Source: Candidatus Zixiibacteriota bacterium
GTDB taxonomy: Bacteria; Zixibacteria; MSB-5A5; UBA10806; 4484-95
Assembly: GCA_037441845.1 (NCBI GenBank)
Contig: JBBIRK010000006.1
Coordinates: 1 to 64,000, forward strand
Length of the DNA: 64,000 nt
Reading direction: 5' to 3'
A program made the translations under genes and the position numbers. Below, piece after piece: positions 9,398 through 19,718 of the stretch. The notes beneath the pieces are model-generated. The model did not search any database. It was not told the origin of the DNA and worked only from the letters and a program-made list of their open reading frames with translations. Position 1 is the first letter of the stretch. The number at the start of each line of letters is the position of its first letter.

Positions 9398-10545
9398 GCA
9401 AATTACCGGGGCAATCGAGAATCACCGCAAATATCGAAAGATTGCTGGTTTCAGGCAAGCGAGGCCAGGCGGTCATGTTCATGGGGCCGCCGGGCTCGGG
9501 CAAGTTCGCCGCAGGGATCTATCTCGGGCGTCGTTTCATGTGTCCTGAGGGTGGTTCGGAGGATTGCGGATGTTCTTGCTGCCGCAAGGTAAATTCTTTC
9601 AACCATCCGGATTTTCTGCTCGTTTTTCCCTTTCCGAATCTGGCTGGAGAATCCAGAAAGAATACCGTATTCCACTTTTCGGACCCAGTGAATTCCTCCG
9701 CCAAGTATTCGGACGAAACGTTGGAAGAAGTAAGAAGGTTTATCGAAGAAAAAGGCGCCGATAATTATCGAGTCGTGACGTTCGAGAAGAAGCAAAATAT
9801 CCCAGCCGAGGTAGTGCGGGATTTGATAAGGGCGGTGGCCCGCAAGCCGATGCTGGGCGACAAGCGTGTGGTAATGGTTTGCGATGTGGAAAAGATGGCT
9901 TTCGGCGCCGCCGATCTGTTTTTGAAAACAGTGGAAGAGCCGCCGGAGGACACGCTCGTGATTCTCACCTGCTCGCGTCCGAACTTGTTGCAGCCCACTT
10001 TGCTTTCGCGGGTCATCAAGTTCCGCATGGCGCCCACTTCGGACGAGGAAATAAAAAAATATCTATCGCAACATGAGCTTCAGTTCGCCGAATTCCATAT
10101 CCGTTGTTCGATGGGGAGCCCGGGTATGGCCCGCAGGGCGGTCGAGGACGAACTCGATAAACGGCGCGACGCCTTATGGAATATCGTGAGAAATTACGTC
10201 GAGACAGGCGGGCTTGCCCAAACCATCGAAAAACTGCACCGGCATTTTTGGCGAACCGACTACGAAGATGTCCGCAACGACTTCAGACTGCTGACCATGA
10301 TATTACGTGATATCTATGTTTGCAAATTTGGGCTTGATAACAGATTGGCTAATGCGGATATTGATTCGGAAATCAAGGCGGTGGCAGGCAAGGCGCCGGA
10401 ACCCTCGATTTTGCGGAGGTGGATTTCGGCCGCCGTAAGAGCGATGTGCGTTCATGAGGTTAATAATGTTTCAGCCGACATGGCCTTTATCGGGGCTTTT
10501 ATCGAATTCCATAAAGCCAACCAGCTGCTGGGCCGGGAATCATAG
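9385..10545 (+). CDS. holB: DNA polymerase III delta-prime subunit
   Basis: GPPGSGK, Cys cluster, HPDF, LKTVEEPP, LQPTLLSR; upstream of PSP1 gene. Confidence 0.88.
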   Translation: MAEISKLPGQSRITANIERLLVSGKRGQAVMFMGPPGSGKFAAGIYLGRRFMCPEGGSEDCGCSCCRKVNSFNHPDFLLVFPFPNLAGESRKNTVFHFSDPVNSSAKYSDETLEEVRRFIEEKGADNYRVVTFEKKQNIPAEVVRDLIRAVARKPMLGDKRVVMVCDVEKMAFGAADLFLKTVEEPPEDTLVILTCSRPNLLQPTLLSRVIKFRMAPTSDEEIKKYLSQHELQFAEFHIRCSMGSPGMARRAVEDELDKRRDALWNIVRNYVETGGLAQTIEKLHRHFWRTDYEDVRNDFRLLTMILRDIYVCKFGLDNRLANADIDSEIKAVAGKAPEPSILRRWISAAVRAMCVHEVNNVSADMAFIGAFIEFHKANQLLGRES

Positions 10546-10548
10546 GCC

Positions 10549-11430
10549 ATGACCGAATTTGTAGTTGAGTTCAAAGGCAACCGCCGACAGATATATTCGG
10601 CTCCCGACGCTGATGGTTTCGAAGTAGGCAAGTATGTGATCGTGCAAGCCGAACGCGGTGAGGATATGGGGCGGATCAAACGCAAGGCTTTGCCTGCCGA
10701 GATCACTCCGGGCGCGGAATACCCGAAAATCATCCGCCTGGCGTTTGCCAACGATATCGAAAGGTTGAAATTCAACCGTCAAAAAGAAAAGGAATCGCAT
10801 TCGGAATGCCTTAAATTCATCCAGAAGCACGGTCTTAAAATGAAGCTGGTCGATGTCGAATATCAATACGATTGCAACAAAATCACCTTTTATTTCACCG
10901 CCGAGAAGCGAGTCGATTTTCGAGAGCTGGTTAAAGATTTGGCCGCGACCTACCGCACTCGGATCGAGTTGCGTCAGATAGGGGTGAGGGACGAAGCACG
11001 GCGTTTGGGTGGGTATGGAATCTGCGGCAAGGAGCAATGCTGCTCGAGCTTTCTGACCGATTTCAAGACGATCTCGACGCAGATGGCCCGCACCCAGAAT
11101 TTGGCCTTGAACCCGCAGAAAATTTCCGGCAATTGCGGCCGCCTTTTGTGCTGTTTACGCTATGAGCAGGAATTTTACGAACAGGTTACTCCCGACTATC
11201 CTCCGATAGGCGGCCAAGGGATATTCCATGGCTTGAAATGCTTCGTCGAGAAATGCGACATTTTCAACGAAAAAATTTCGCTTCGACTTGAAGATGAAGG
11301 TCTGAAAGTCATCAGCCTGGACGAATTCAAGCGGGCGGTGAAACGAGGCAATTTCCGATTGCTCGGAAAACCGAAAACGGAGTCGGGCGCCGAAAATGAC
11401 GATCAGGAATTGAAACAGATCGCCGATTAG
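10549..11430 (+). CDS. ricT: PSP1-domain protein (RicT/YaaT family)
   Basis: RVDFRELVKDLA, RIELRQIGVRDEA, GICGxxxCC, SGNCGRLLCCLRYE. Confidence 0.92.
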   Translation: MTEFVVEFKGNRRQIYSAPDADGFEVGKYVIVQAERGEDMGRIKRKALPAEITPGAEYPKIIRLAFANDIERLKFNRQKEKESHSECLKFIQKHGLKMKLVDVEYQYDCNKITFYFTAEKRVDFRELVKDLAATYRTRIELRQIGVRDEARRLGGYGICGKEQCCSSFLTDFKTISTQMARTQNLALNPQKISGNCGRLLCCLRYEQEFYEQVTPDYPPIGGQGIFHGLKCFVEKCDIFNEKISLRLEDEGLKVISLDEFKRAVKRGNFRLLGKPKTESGAENDDQELKQIAD

Positions 11431-11538
11431 TCATATTGCGGCATTGTTTTTCGGCCCATGTTGATCGAATAGCGAAATTCCCGGTGAAAATCCCGCGGCT
11501 ATTACGATATTAATCGAGCCCGTGCATACGGAGGATTA

Positions 11539-13455
11539 ATGGACAAAATTTATCTGACAACCCCGATTTACTACGTCAACGATGAACCTCATATCGGCCA
11601 TGCCTATCCCACGGTCTTGGCTGATACTTTGGCGAGATTTCACCGGTTGCTCGGCCATCGGACCTACTTCCTGACCGGCACCGATGAACACGGCCAAAAA
11701 CTTCAGGATTCGGCCGCCGCCAAGGGATATCAGCCGCAGGAATATTGCGATATGATCGTCGAACGTTTCCAGGACGCCTGGAAAAAGCTTGGTGTGGCCA
11801 ATAACGATTTTATCCGCACGACCGAGCCGCGGCATAAACGGATTGTATCCCGGATTCTCGAGCGCCTCTACGAATCGAAGAACGAATCGGGCCAAAGTCA
11901 GATATATATGGACTATTACGAGGGATGGTACTGTAAGTTCGAGGAACGTTATTGGACGGAAAAGGATTTGATCGGCGGTAATTGCCCGGATTGCGGGCGA
12001 CCGGTGCAAAAATTGTCCGAAAAGAACTATTTTTTCAGAATGAGCCACTATCAGCAATGGTTGATCCAATATATAAAGGAGCATCCGGGGTTTATCCTTC
12101 CCGAGAACCGGCGCAACGAAGTGCTCGGATTTCTGAAAAACCCGCTCGGCGATTTATGTATATCAAGGCCGAAAAGCAGACTGTCGTGGGGAATCGAGCT
12201 CCCGTTCGACAAGGATTACGTTTGTTACGTTTGGTTTGATGCGTTGATAAATTATATATCCGCTTTGGGATTCGATCCCGATTCCGGCCGTTTCGAACTC
12301 GACTGGTGGCCTGCTGTTCATCTCATTGGTAAAGACATCCTGACTACGCATTCGGTCTATTGGCCCTGTATGCTCAAAGCGATCGGTTTGCCTATGCCCC
12401 AGACGATTCTGGCCACCGGCTGGTGGCTTCGGGAGGGCGCCAAGATGTCCAAATCGCTGGGAAACGTGGTCAAACCGCTTGATTTGGCGGATAAATTCGG
12501 ATCGGATGCGTTCCGTTTTCTGCTGTTGCGCGAAATGACTCTGGGGCAGGATGCGGTATTTTCAGAGGAAAGCTTCATCAATCGTTATAATTCGGATCTG
12601 GCCAACGATCTTGGCAATCTGCTATCGCGCATTCTGAAAATGATCGAATCTTACTGCGATGGATTTATTCCGCATCCGGATAACGGTTCGTCCGACGGCA
12701 AAATGGTTCAGAACTTGCAGCAACTTCGGGCGGACGTGGCCCAGGATATCGAGCATTTCAAACTGAACGGTTGTCTGGAGAAAATAATGGAGTTCGTCCG
12801 CTCATTGAATCAATATATCGAACTTAACCGCCCCTGGGATCTGGCGAAATCCGGGGAAACCGCGAAACTCGGACACGTGCTTTATACGGCGGCCGAGGGA
12901 CTATGGAACGCCTCGGTATTGCTTTCACCGGTGATGCCGCAAAAAGCGGCGGAAATCCAAACAAGCCTCGGGTACTTGCCGGATAAAATATCTTTAAGCC
13001 GGCTTAAACCGTGGAACAATCTTCCTCCGGGCTCGAAAATAAAGGCCGGTATACAACTATTCCCCAGACATGAGAAAATCGTCGCCAGCGATACTTTGAA
13101 AATTCAAGACAAGGCGGAAGCGGCCATGACGAATACTGTTTCTATCGAGGATTTTGGGAAACTCGAGTTGCGCGTGGCCGAGATTATCTCGGCGGAAAAG
13201 GTCAGCGGCGCCGACAAGTTGCTTAAACTTAACATCAAAATTGGCGATGACACCCGCCAAATAGTGGCAGGTATCGCTAAATTCTATGATCCCGCCGTTT
13301 TGATCGGAAAAAAGATCGCAGTCGTGGCCAACCTTCAGCCGGCCAAAATCAGAGGTATCGAATCGCACGGGATGCTTTTGGCCGCAAGTAAGGACGGTAA
13401 TTTAACCATTCTCGTTCCCGACCGCGATATCGATTCCGGCGCCAAAATAAGTTAA
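11539..13455 (+). CDS. metG: Methionine--tRNA ligase with C-terminal tRNA-binding domain
   Basis: TTPIYYVN, HIGH, TGTDEHG, KMSKS, EMAP-like C-terminus (NLQPAKIRGIESHGM). Confidence 0.97.
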   Translation: MDKIYLTTPIYYVNDEPHIGHAYPTVLADTLARFHRLLGHRTYFLTGTDEHGQKLQDSAAAKGYQPQEYCDMIVERFQDAWKKLGVANNDFIRTTEPRHKRIVSRILERLYESKNESGQSQIYMDYYEGWYCKFEERYWTEKDLIGGNCPDCGRPVQKLSEKNYFFRMSHYQQWLIQYIKEHPGFILPENRRNEVLGFLKNPLGDLCISRPKSRLSWGIELPFDKDYVCYVWFDALINYISALGFDPDSGRFELDWWPAVHLIGKDILTTHSVYWPCMLKAIGLPMPQTILATGWWLREGAKMSKSLGNVVKPLDLADKFGSDAFRFLLLREMTLGQDAVFSEESFINRYNSDLANDLGNLLSRILKMIESYCDGFIPHPDNGSSDGKMVQNLQQLRADVAQDIEHFKLNGCLEKIMEFVRSLNQYIELNRPWDLAKSGETAKLGHVLYTAAEGLWNASVLLSPVMPQKAAEIQTSLGYLPDKISLSRLKPWNNLPPGSKIKAGIQLFPRHEKIVASDTLKIQDKAEAAMTNTVSIEDFGKLELRVAEIISAEKVSGADKLLKLNIKIGDDTRQIVAGIAKFYDPAVLIGKKIAVVANLQPAKIRGIESHGMLLAASKDGNLTILVPDRDIDSGAKIS

Positions 13456-13512
13456 GCGGAAATCGCAGACGGTCGGTCGTCGGTTTTGTGTCGGCGTAAA
13501 TTCAAAGACGGC

Positions 13513-15684
13513 TCAACGTCGTGTAAGCTCGCTCAATCGCTTCTCGACGATCGCCGCAAGCCGGGCATCCTGGGTTTTTTCGAGAAAGTAATTATAGTAG
13601 CGGACCGCCTGTGTCGAATCGGCAAGATGCTTGTCGTAAATGACCGCGATATTGTAATAAATCAACGGGTCGGAAGAATCGATTTTCAGTAGGGCGTCGA
13701 ATTTGCCTATCGCGCCGGTGTAATTATTCGCGGAAAGCGCAAGATACGCTTCCGCCAATAACAGATTATAACCGGCCTCGTGATGATTGGGTCTGATCGC
13801 CAATGCTTGCTGGTAATGATCGATCGCTTCCCGATACGAGTTTTTCTCGCGGTGGATATTGCCGATATTCACCAGAATATCCGCCTTCACCGCATTCGAC
13901 AACAGGTCGTTTCCGAGAGCGCGATTATATCGTTCGAGTGCCAGCTCAGGCCAGCCGCGCCTGCGGAAAAAAATCCCCAGAGCGTTATCGACCATCGGTG
14001 ATTCGGCCATATCCGCTTTTTCGACCGCTTTCTTGTATTTTTCGATCGCCTCACCTGTCCTGCCGTTGCTTTGCAGATCCTCTCCCCACGACAGGAAATA
14101 ATTGGTCAATATTTGTATCTCCGAACTTCCCGGATAATCCGCTTTGTAATCGGCTAGCAGGCTCAATTTGCCCCATGGTGTCATATCAGCGGCCTCCTTG
14201 CGGCCGTATCGATAATAAAGGCCGCAACCCTGTAACGGCAACCTGTCATACTTGAACGGATTGTCTCCCCCCCAAATATGCTCCTTGCCCAAACAGGCCG
14301 GCCTGGTGGTATTTCCCAGCGCATTCAGGGCCAATTCGGACTCACCGACGATTCCGATAAGATGCTCCTGATTCCGATTGCGGGCAAGATTCGAATACAT
14401 ACTGATCGGGTCGTAATATTCGATATCGGGCCTTATTTTTTCCACGAACTTCAAATAGATGCATACCAGGCTGGCGGCGCCGCCCACCGGTACGAATAGC
14501 GCATTTTCGGGAAGTGAAATCATTATCGCATGCCCATAATCGGCCGCCAGAGTGTTGTTGCTTTTGTCGTTGAATCGGTAATTATGGGCGATTGCCGTAA
14601 TCACTATAACGGCCATAATGACGGCCGGGATCGTTTCCGCTGTCCTTGAATTAAGCCGGCGTTGCAGATGAGCCGATAGCTCGATCGCCAGATAGGCAAG
14701 GCCGCAAACCGCACAAAAAACAGCTATCAAATACTGAGGCTCGACATCGAGAATCTCATACATCGCGGCGAATCCGATATTGAATGCGGCCGCCAATAAT
14801 AGAGGAATACCGAATCGCGGCCTCCTGACCGCAAGCAATGCCAACCCGACCAGGCCGACAAATGCCAGAGGAAATTCCGCGCCGAAAACCCGAACGAATC
14901 GTTTTAGGTTTATGGCAAAATTAGCCGGTGAAATGTCTGCCAGAAAACCGCGATACCTGGCGCTGGTGATATGATTGATGAATTCCCCAAATCGCGCCGG
15001 ATGAGCCCAATCGATTATCGGCCAGTTGGAGGATCTTATAGGGATATAGAGATACAACGTCAATGGTATAGATATCGCCAGCATCGCGATCAGCCATCGG
15101 CGGAAATCCATTTTGAAATTCCAAGCCGCGGCCAATCCGAGAGGTAATAACGACATTGCCGTCAGATGATTGGTCAGCGATAGACCGATCAAATAAAATA
15201 GAAGAAATATCAGACGATTGTTCAAAGATCGGGCGGTCAGTAGAAAGATAAAAATTATCAGGCAGCATACCGCCATTCCGAGTGCATAAACTTCCGCGGC
15301 ATTGGCATTGCTCCATAGCGTACGCGACACTCCCCAAAGAACCGCTCCCAAAAACGGCACCACCATATCGTCGCCGGCCCGGCTGTTGCGCCCCAATTCT
15401 CGAATGACGTAGAATGCGACGAATGCCGAAAGTGACGCAAATAAGGCTGCGGATAAATTCATAGTCAGTGCCGGAGAAAAAAGAGGAAACATCAGAAGCG
15501 ATCGGCCAATCAGGGTGTATAATGGGTAACCCGGAGGATGAGCGATTCCGAGCGTATAGGCCACCGTCGTTAATTCTCCGGAGTCTCCGCCATAGACGGT
15601 GGGGCATATTGTTCGGATATAAAATGCAAAGCTGATAAGGCCGGCTCCCGCCGCTCCGGCCAAAATTCTTACGCTCCGGGTCAT
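13513..15684 (-). CDS. DUF2723/TMEM260-like GT-C membrane protein with C-terminal TPRs
   Basis: GGDSGEL, HPPGYPLY, AEVY, LYLYIPIRS motifs; many TM helices; TPR-like repeats; start 15684 (ATG) or 15705 (TTG). Confidence 0.8.
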   Translation of the reverse strand: MTRSVRILAGAAGAGLISFAFYIRTICPTVYGGDSGELTTVAYTLGIAHPPGYPLYTLIGRSLLMFPLFSPALTMNLSAALFASLSAFVAFYVIRELGRNSRAGDDMVVPFLGAVLWGVSRTLWSNANAAEVYALGMAVCCLIIFIFLLTARSLNNRLIFLLFYLIGLSLTNHLTAMSLLPLGLAAAWNFKMDFRRWLIAMLAISIPLTLYLYIPIRSSNWPIIDWAHPARFGEFINHITSARYRGFLADISPANFAINLKRFVRVFGAEFPLAFVGLVGLALLAVRRPRFGIPLLLAAAFNIGFAAMYEILDVEPQYLIAVFCAVCGLAYLAIELSAHLQRRLNSRTAETIPAVIMAVIVITAIAHNYRFNDKSNNTLAADYGHAIMISLPENALFVPVGGAASLVCIYLKFVEKIRPDIEYYDPISMYSNLARNRNQEHLIGIVGESELALNALGNTTRPACLGKEHIWGGDNPFKYDRLPLQGCGLYYRYGRKEAADMTPWGKLSLLADYKADYPGSSEIQILTNYFLSWGEDLQSNGRTGEAIEKYKKAVEKADMAESPMVDNALGIFFRRRGWPELALERYNRALGNDLLSNAVKADILVNIGNIHREKNSYREAIDHYQQALAIRPNHHEAGYNLLLAEAYLALSANNYTGAIGKFDALLKIDSSDPLIYYNIAVIYDKHLADSTQAVRYYNYFLEKTQDARLAAIVEKRLSELTRR

Positions 15685-15803
15685 GGCAAACAATAATAAC
15701 AGCAAACCTTCGCATCGGCAACGGCAAAGTCGATTTTGCCGAATGTCTTGATAATTCGTTTCTTATATTTATTGGAGTCAGCCCGGAAAGTTTTCGGCAG
15801 GGT

Positions 15804-16820
15804 CTATTTGCCGATTTTGCATTGAGCGATCAAGTCGTCGTCGGCCGCGGTTGTGTTCAATTGCCTTGACATGTTTCCGTTGCGGATTCGGATCGTGGCG
15901 CTTTCCGCATGCTTGGCATCGCTGTAGCGCACTATGATTCTGGCCGCTTTCTCGATTTCGGGCGGTTCAATCCTTCCGCGCAGAATTCCCACCGGCGAAC
16001 CGGTATCGATCACTTCCAGAATCGTATCCTCAGGTCCGGCCAATGAAAGTATGGTTTCATTTTCTTTCTGATTTCGCCCGAGAATCAATTTCGCCTTGTG
16101 GCTGATCCGAAAATGCCTGCCGTATTTCAAGAAATTGAAATCAGTGAATTCGATTCCGCCTCCGAAGGTGAACAAGTCTCTCAAGCGGGCGGAGTAGTTT
16201 TCGTCGGTCAGAAGGCAACCGCCGGCGGGCGTCGGATACGAACGCAATCCGAACTGACGGGCAAGCTCGATCTGGCGCTTTCGGGATCGGCCGCAGATAT
16301 CAAGCAGCCACTCCCTCTTTATCAAACCATCGATTTCCGGTTTGGTCGGCGGCAGCAGCCTGCCGGAAAGCGGTCGCACCAAGCGGCCGTCGAGATCCGA
16401 TTCGCGCGATATCATCTCCATCGTCCGCCGCATCTGCGACATCGGTCTTTGAGCCAAAACCTCGCCGGTTATGATGAAATCGGCTTTCGTCATTTCCATA
16501 TAGTCGCGCGCTTCCTTCAGCATCAGCAAGCGGCAGTCGATACAAGGATTCATATTGCGTCCATGGCCGTATTTCGGATTCCGCACTATATCGACGAATT
16601 TCCACCCGAGGTGAGATAATTTGACGTTAAATCCGAATTGCTCGGCCGCCGGATAGGGATCGGCGCCGCAGGACGAGTGATCACCCATATCGCATCCGAA
16701 ATGGGTAAGAAACTTGACCGCCTCGATTTCGACGCCATGTTGCATCATGACCAAAATCGCCAACGTCGAATCGAGGCCGCCCGAGTATAATGCAACGGCT
16801 CTCGGTTTGATGGGTTTCAT
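15804..16820 (-). CDS. PP-loop tRNA sulfurtransferase-like protein (ThiI/MnmA-like, no THUMP domain)
   Basis: SGGLDS, NPCIDCR, TGEVLAQRPMSQ, PAGGCLLT, GRHFR, GRN motifs. Confidence 0.75.
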   Translation of the reverse strand: MKPIKPRAVALYSGGLDSTLAILVMMQHGVEIEAVKFLTHFGCDMGDHSSCGADPYPAAEQFGFNVKLSHLGWKFVDIVRNPKYGHGRNMNPCIDCRLLMLKEARDYMEMTKADFIITGEVLAQRPMSQMRRTMEMISRESDLDGRLVRPLSGRLLPPTKPEIDGLIKREWLLDICGRSRKRQIELARQFGLRSYPTPAGGCLLTDENYSARLRDLFTFGGGIEFTDFNFLKYGRHFRISHKAKLILGRNQKENETILSLAGPEDTILEVIDTGSPVGILRGRIEPPEIEKAARIIVRYSDAKHAESATIRIRNGNMSRQLNTTAADDDLIAQCKIGK

Positions 16821-16842
16821 GGCCTCCGCAGATACTATGAGA

Positions 16843-17295
16843 CTATGCCGTAACTTTGGCTGTCACTTTGGCGAAAGAATAGTATTTCGAGTAATCGATC
16901 TTGCCGAGGTTCATATCTATCAGTATCTTGGCGAGTTTTCTCTGCAGATCGTCCCAGAACGGATATGCCGGACAGCGGTCTTTCCCCTTGCAGCCGCTTT
17001 GGTCATGCTCGGGCATGTTACAAGAGGCGACGGCGAATGGTCCCTGCATGGCTTCCAGTATGTCAAGAAAAGTTATCTGGTCGCGGCTCTTGGCGATACG
17101 ATAACCGCCGTTGACGCCCTTGTAGCTGATTAAGAAGCCTTTCTGAGTCAGTTCTTTGAGTATCTTGGCCAGATATTCGCGGGGTATTTTTTCGCTTTCG
17201 GCTATTTCGTTGATGCTGCATGTCCTCTGGCCGTTGATCGCCGCCACGTAGATCATGGCGCGCAAGGCGTAGTCGGCTTTCCGGGATATTTGCAT
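16843..17295 (-). CDS. Rrf2-family transcriptional regulator with three C-terminal Cys
   Basis: DYALRAM, IPREYLAKIL, SYKGVNGGY; C-x9-C-x5-C. Confidence 0.9.
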   Translation of the reverse strand: MQISRKADYALRAMIYVAAINGQRTCSINEIAESEKIPREYLAKILKELTQKGFLISYKGVNGGYRIAKSRDQITFLDILEAMQGPFAVASCNMPEHDQSGCKGKDRCPAYPFWDDLQRKLAKILIDMNLGKIDYSKYYSFAKVTAKVTA

Positions 17296-17331
17296 TTTTT
17301 CACCTCTGTTCCGCTGAATGTTCAGCCGTCG

Positions 17332-18285
17332 TTATATTTCCGAAGTTATCCTATCGGCCGTTTTCAAGTTGACCAAAACCGCCGAAAGTATCATTGTATA
17401 TCTATTAAATCCATATTTGGCAAGAATAGTTTCGGAAAATCTTTCTTGGAATTCATTATCGGATTTTATTGTCCACGAACTTATATTTTTCCAGTCTATG
17501 TTCGATTCGGTCCGCAGGGCTGCATTCTGGCTGATCGGCGGCTTTCGATTATAGGGGCAGACCAGTTGGCAGAGGTCACATCCGAGAATGTTATTACCGA
17601 TTTCGCCGTGGTTCGACCGATTATCCGTGTCCTCTATCGTCATATATGAGATGCATTTTCGCGCATCGAGCTGATTGGCCGATATCAATGCACCCGTCGG
17701 GCAGATATCGAGGCATTTGGTGCAGGAACCGCACCGGTCTTCCGCCTTCGTGTCATAAACCAGATCGATATCGGTGAAAATCTCGCCTAAGAACAGGAAA
17801 CTTCCCAACTTGCCGTTTATTATCAGCGTATTTTTGCCCTGCCAGCCGATTCCCGATTCTCTTGCCCAAAGCTTATCCATGGTAGGCGAAGTATCCACGG
17901 CGATTTTCGTTTTGGCGTCTTCCTTTATATTCTTGATTTCGTCGACAAGGGATCTCAGTTTTCTTTTCATGACCTCCTGATAGACTTTCCCCCTGGCATA
18001 AATCGAAACATAGGGCTCCGATCGCGAATAATGAGGTTCCTGCCAGTAGCTCATCGCCACGCTGATTACCGATTGAGCGCCATTGAGCGTCAATTCCGGA
18101 TCGACTCTGAGGCGGGGATTCCTTTCCATGTATTTCATCTTTCCCGCGCGGCCGTTATCAATCCAGTTTAGCAGCCTGTCGTGCGCGATCGGGTTATATT
18201 CGGCTTTGGCTATGCCGACCAGATCGAATCCGAGGTTCCGCGCGGCAGATTTGATGCGTTCGGTATTCGCTTCGATTACCGACAT
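17332..18285 (-). CDS. queG: Epoxyqueuosine reductase
   Basis: GFDLVGIA, SIYARG, GWQGKN, GSFLFLG, CGSCTKCLDICP, CISY, GCDLCQLVCP. Confidence 0.9.
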   Translation of the reverse strand: MSVIEANTERIKSAARNLGFDLVGIAKAEYNPIAHDRLLNWIDNGRAGKMKYMERNPRLRVDPELTLNGAQSVISVAMSYWQEPHYSRSEPYVSIYARGKVYQEVMKRKLRSLVDEIKNIKEDAKTKIAVDTSPTMDKLWARESGIGWQGKNTLIINGKLGSFLFLGEIFTDIDLVYDTKAEDRCGSCTKCLDICPTGALISANQLDARKCISYMTIEDTDNRSNHGEIGNNILGCDLCQLVCPYNRKPPISQNAALRTESNIDWKNISSWTIKSDNEFQERFSETILAKYGFNRYTMILSAVLVNLKTADRITSEI

Positions 18286-18398
18286 ACCGCCTCTCCATCC
18301 GCCGGTCTTGTAGTGCATACTTTTCGTTTAAGCTTGATAGCGATCGATACTATTTGCGGCTATAGTAGGGTTTCAAACCAAGAATCTATTCGGGCGGG

Positions 18399-18617
18399 TC
18401 AGGTGATTACCTCTTTGACTTCAGGGACCATTTGTTTCAACGCGCGTTCGATTCCCATTTTCAGGGTCATCGTCGACATGGGACAGCCATGGCAGGCACC
18501 CGTCAATTTCAGCCTCACTATTCCCTCCGGACTGACATCCACAAGCTCGCAGTCGCCTCCATCCGCCTGCAGATAAGGCCTTATTTGCTCGATCGCCTTT
18601 TCCACTTTTTCTTTCAC
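18399..18617 (-). CDS. NifU C-terminal domain (Nfu-type) Fe-S carrier
   Basis: [21 protein letters not shown] start after GGAGCAGGA. Confidence 0.92.
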   Translation of the reverse strand: MKEKVEKAIEQIRPYLQADGGDCELVDVSPEGIVRLKLTGACHGCPMSTMTLKMGIERALKQMVPEVKEVIT

Positions 18618-18641
18618 TTCCTGCTCCGATCTTGTATTGAA

Positions 18642-19718
18642 TCAAACCTTAAGCGTTCTGATAATCTTTTCGGCGAGAAATTTGAAAATTGCAGGTCCTT
18701 CCCCTTTCGTCGATTCGGTCACCGGGATTCCCATATCTCCACCTTCTCTTATCGCCGTTTCGAGCGGAATTCGCGCCAAAAGCGGTTGATTGAGTTTTTG
18801 CGCCAATTCCTGCCCTCCGCCTTCTCCGAATATCATCTGTTTTGCGCCGTCGGCAGTTACGAAATAAGACATATTTTCCACTACACCGAGGATTCGAAAA
18901 TTTGCTTTTCGAGAAAGCTCGGCCACTCTCTGGGCCACTCCGGCGGCCGCCGGCTGCGGCGTGGTTACTATAAGCAGATGCGATTCCTTGATCGTTTGGG
19001 CTATCGAAAGCGTTACATCGCCCGTTCCCGGCGGCAGATCGATCAACAAAAAGTCGAGCCTGTCCCAAAACACCTGCGTAAGGAATTGAACTATCGCCTT
19101 GTGCAGCATCGGCCCGCGCCAGAGCACCGCCTGATCTTCCTCGACGAAAAACCCCATCGAAATGATTTTGATGCCGTTTTTGATTACGGGGATTATGGTC
19201 TCATCGATAACAGTGGGCAGAGCATTGACTCCCATCATGCGTGGAATCGAAAATCCATACACGTCGGCATCCACGATGCCAACCGTACAGCCGGCGTTCT
19301 TCAAAGCGCAGGCCAAATTAACGGTGATCGTCGATTTTCCCACCCCGCCCTTTCCGGAAGCCACGGCGATGACGTTTTTGACTTTTACGTTGTCGAATAT
19401 CGGCGATTTGCTTTGCCCGGTCATTTTGCCGGTCAGGGCCATCCTTTCCTCGGACGACATGACCGAAAATTCGATGTTCACATTTTTAATTTCAGGTATT
19501 GCCCCCAGAACCGCTTTTATGTCCCCGTCTATTTTTTGTTTGAGCGGACAACCCGGCACGGTCAGTTTTATTTGAATGCGGACGTCACCGTCGTTTCCCT
19601 CGATTTTGCCAACCATGCCCAGGTCAACGATCGATCTGTTCAGCTCAGGATCATTGACCTTGCGAAGCGCTTCGAGAATGGTTTTTTCGTCCACCGATGA
19701 TTTATTCCTGAAGATCAT
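18642..19718 (-). CDS. mrp: Mrp/ApbC/NBP35 Fe-S carrier ATPase with N-terminal DUF59
   Basis: DPEL...LTVPGCP; GKGGVGKST, DADVYG, WRGPML, DLPPGTGD, VENMS. Confidence 0.93.
   Translation of the reverse strand: MIFRNKSSVDEKTILEALRKVNDPELNRSIVDLGMVGKIEGNDGDVRIQIKLTVPGCPLKQKIDGDIKAVLGAIPEIKNVNIEFSVMSSEERMALTGKMTGQSKSPIFDNVKVKNVIAVASGKGGVGKSTITVNLACALKNAGCTVGIVDADVYGFSIPRMMGVNALPTVIDETIIPVIKNGIKIISMGFFVEEDQAVLWRGPMLHKAIVQFLTQVFWDRLDFLLIDLPPGTGDVTLSIAQTIKESHLLIVTTPQPAAAGVAQRVAELSRKANFRILGVVENMSYFVTADGAKQMIFGEGGGQELAQKLNQPLLARIPLETAIREGGDMGIPVTESTKGEGPAIFKFLAEKIIRTLKV

Noticed and set aside
18432..19700. Long antisense ORFs (also 4930-5931, 2942-3847, 27853-28917, 48463-49602, 52477-53331)
   Set aside because: Each shadows a well-supported gene on the other strand and has no recognisable motifs.
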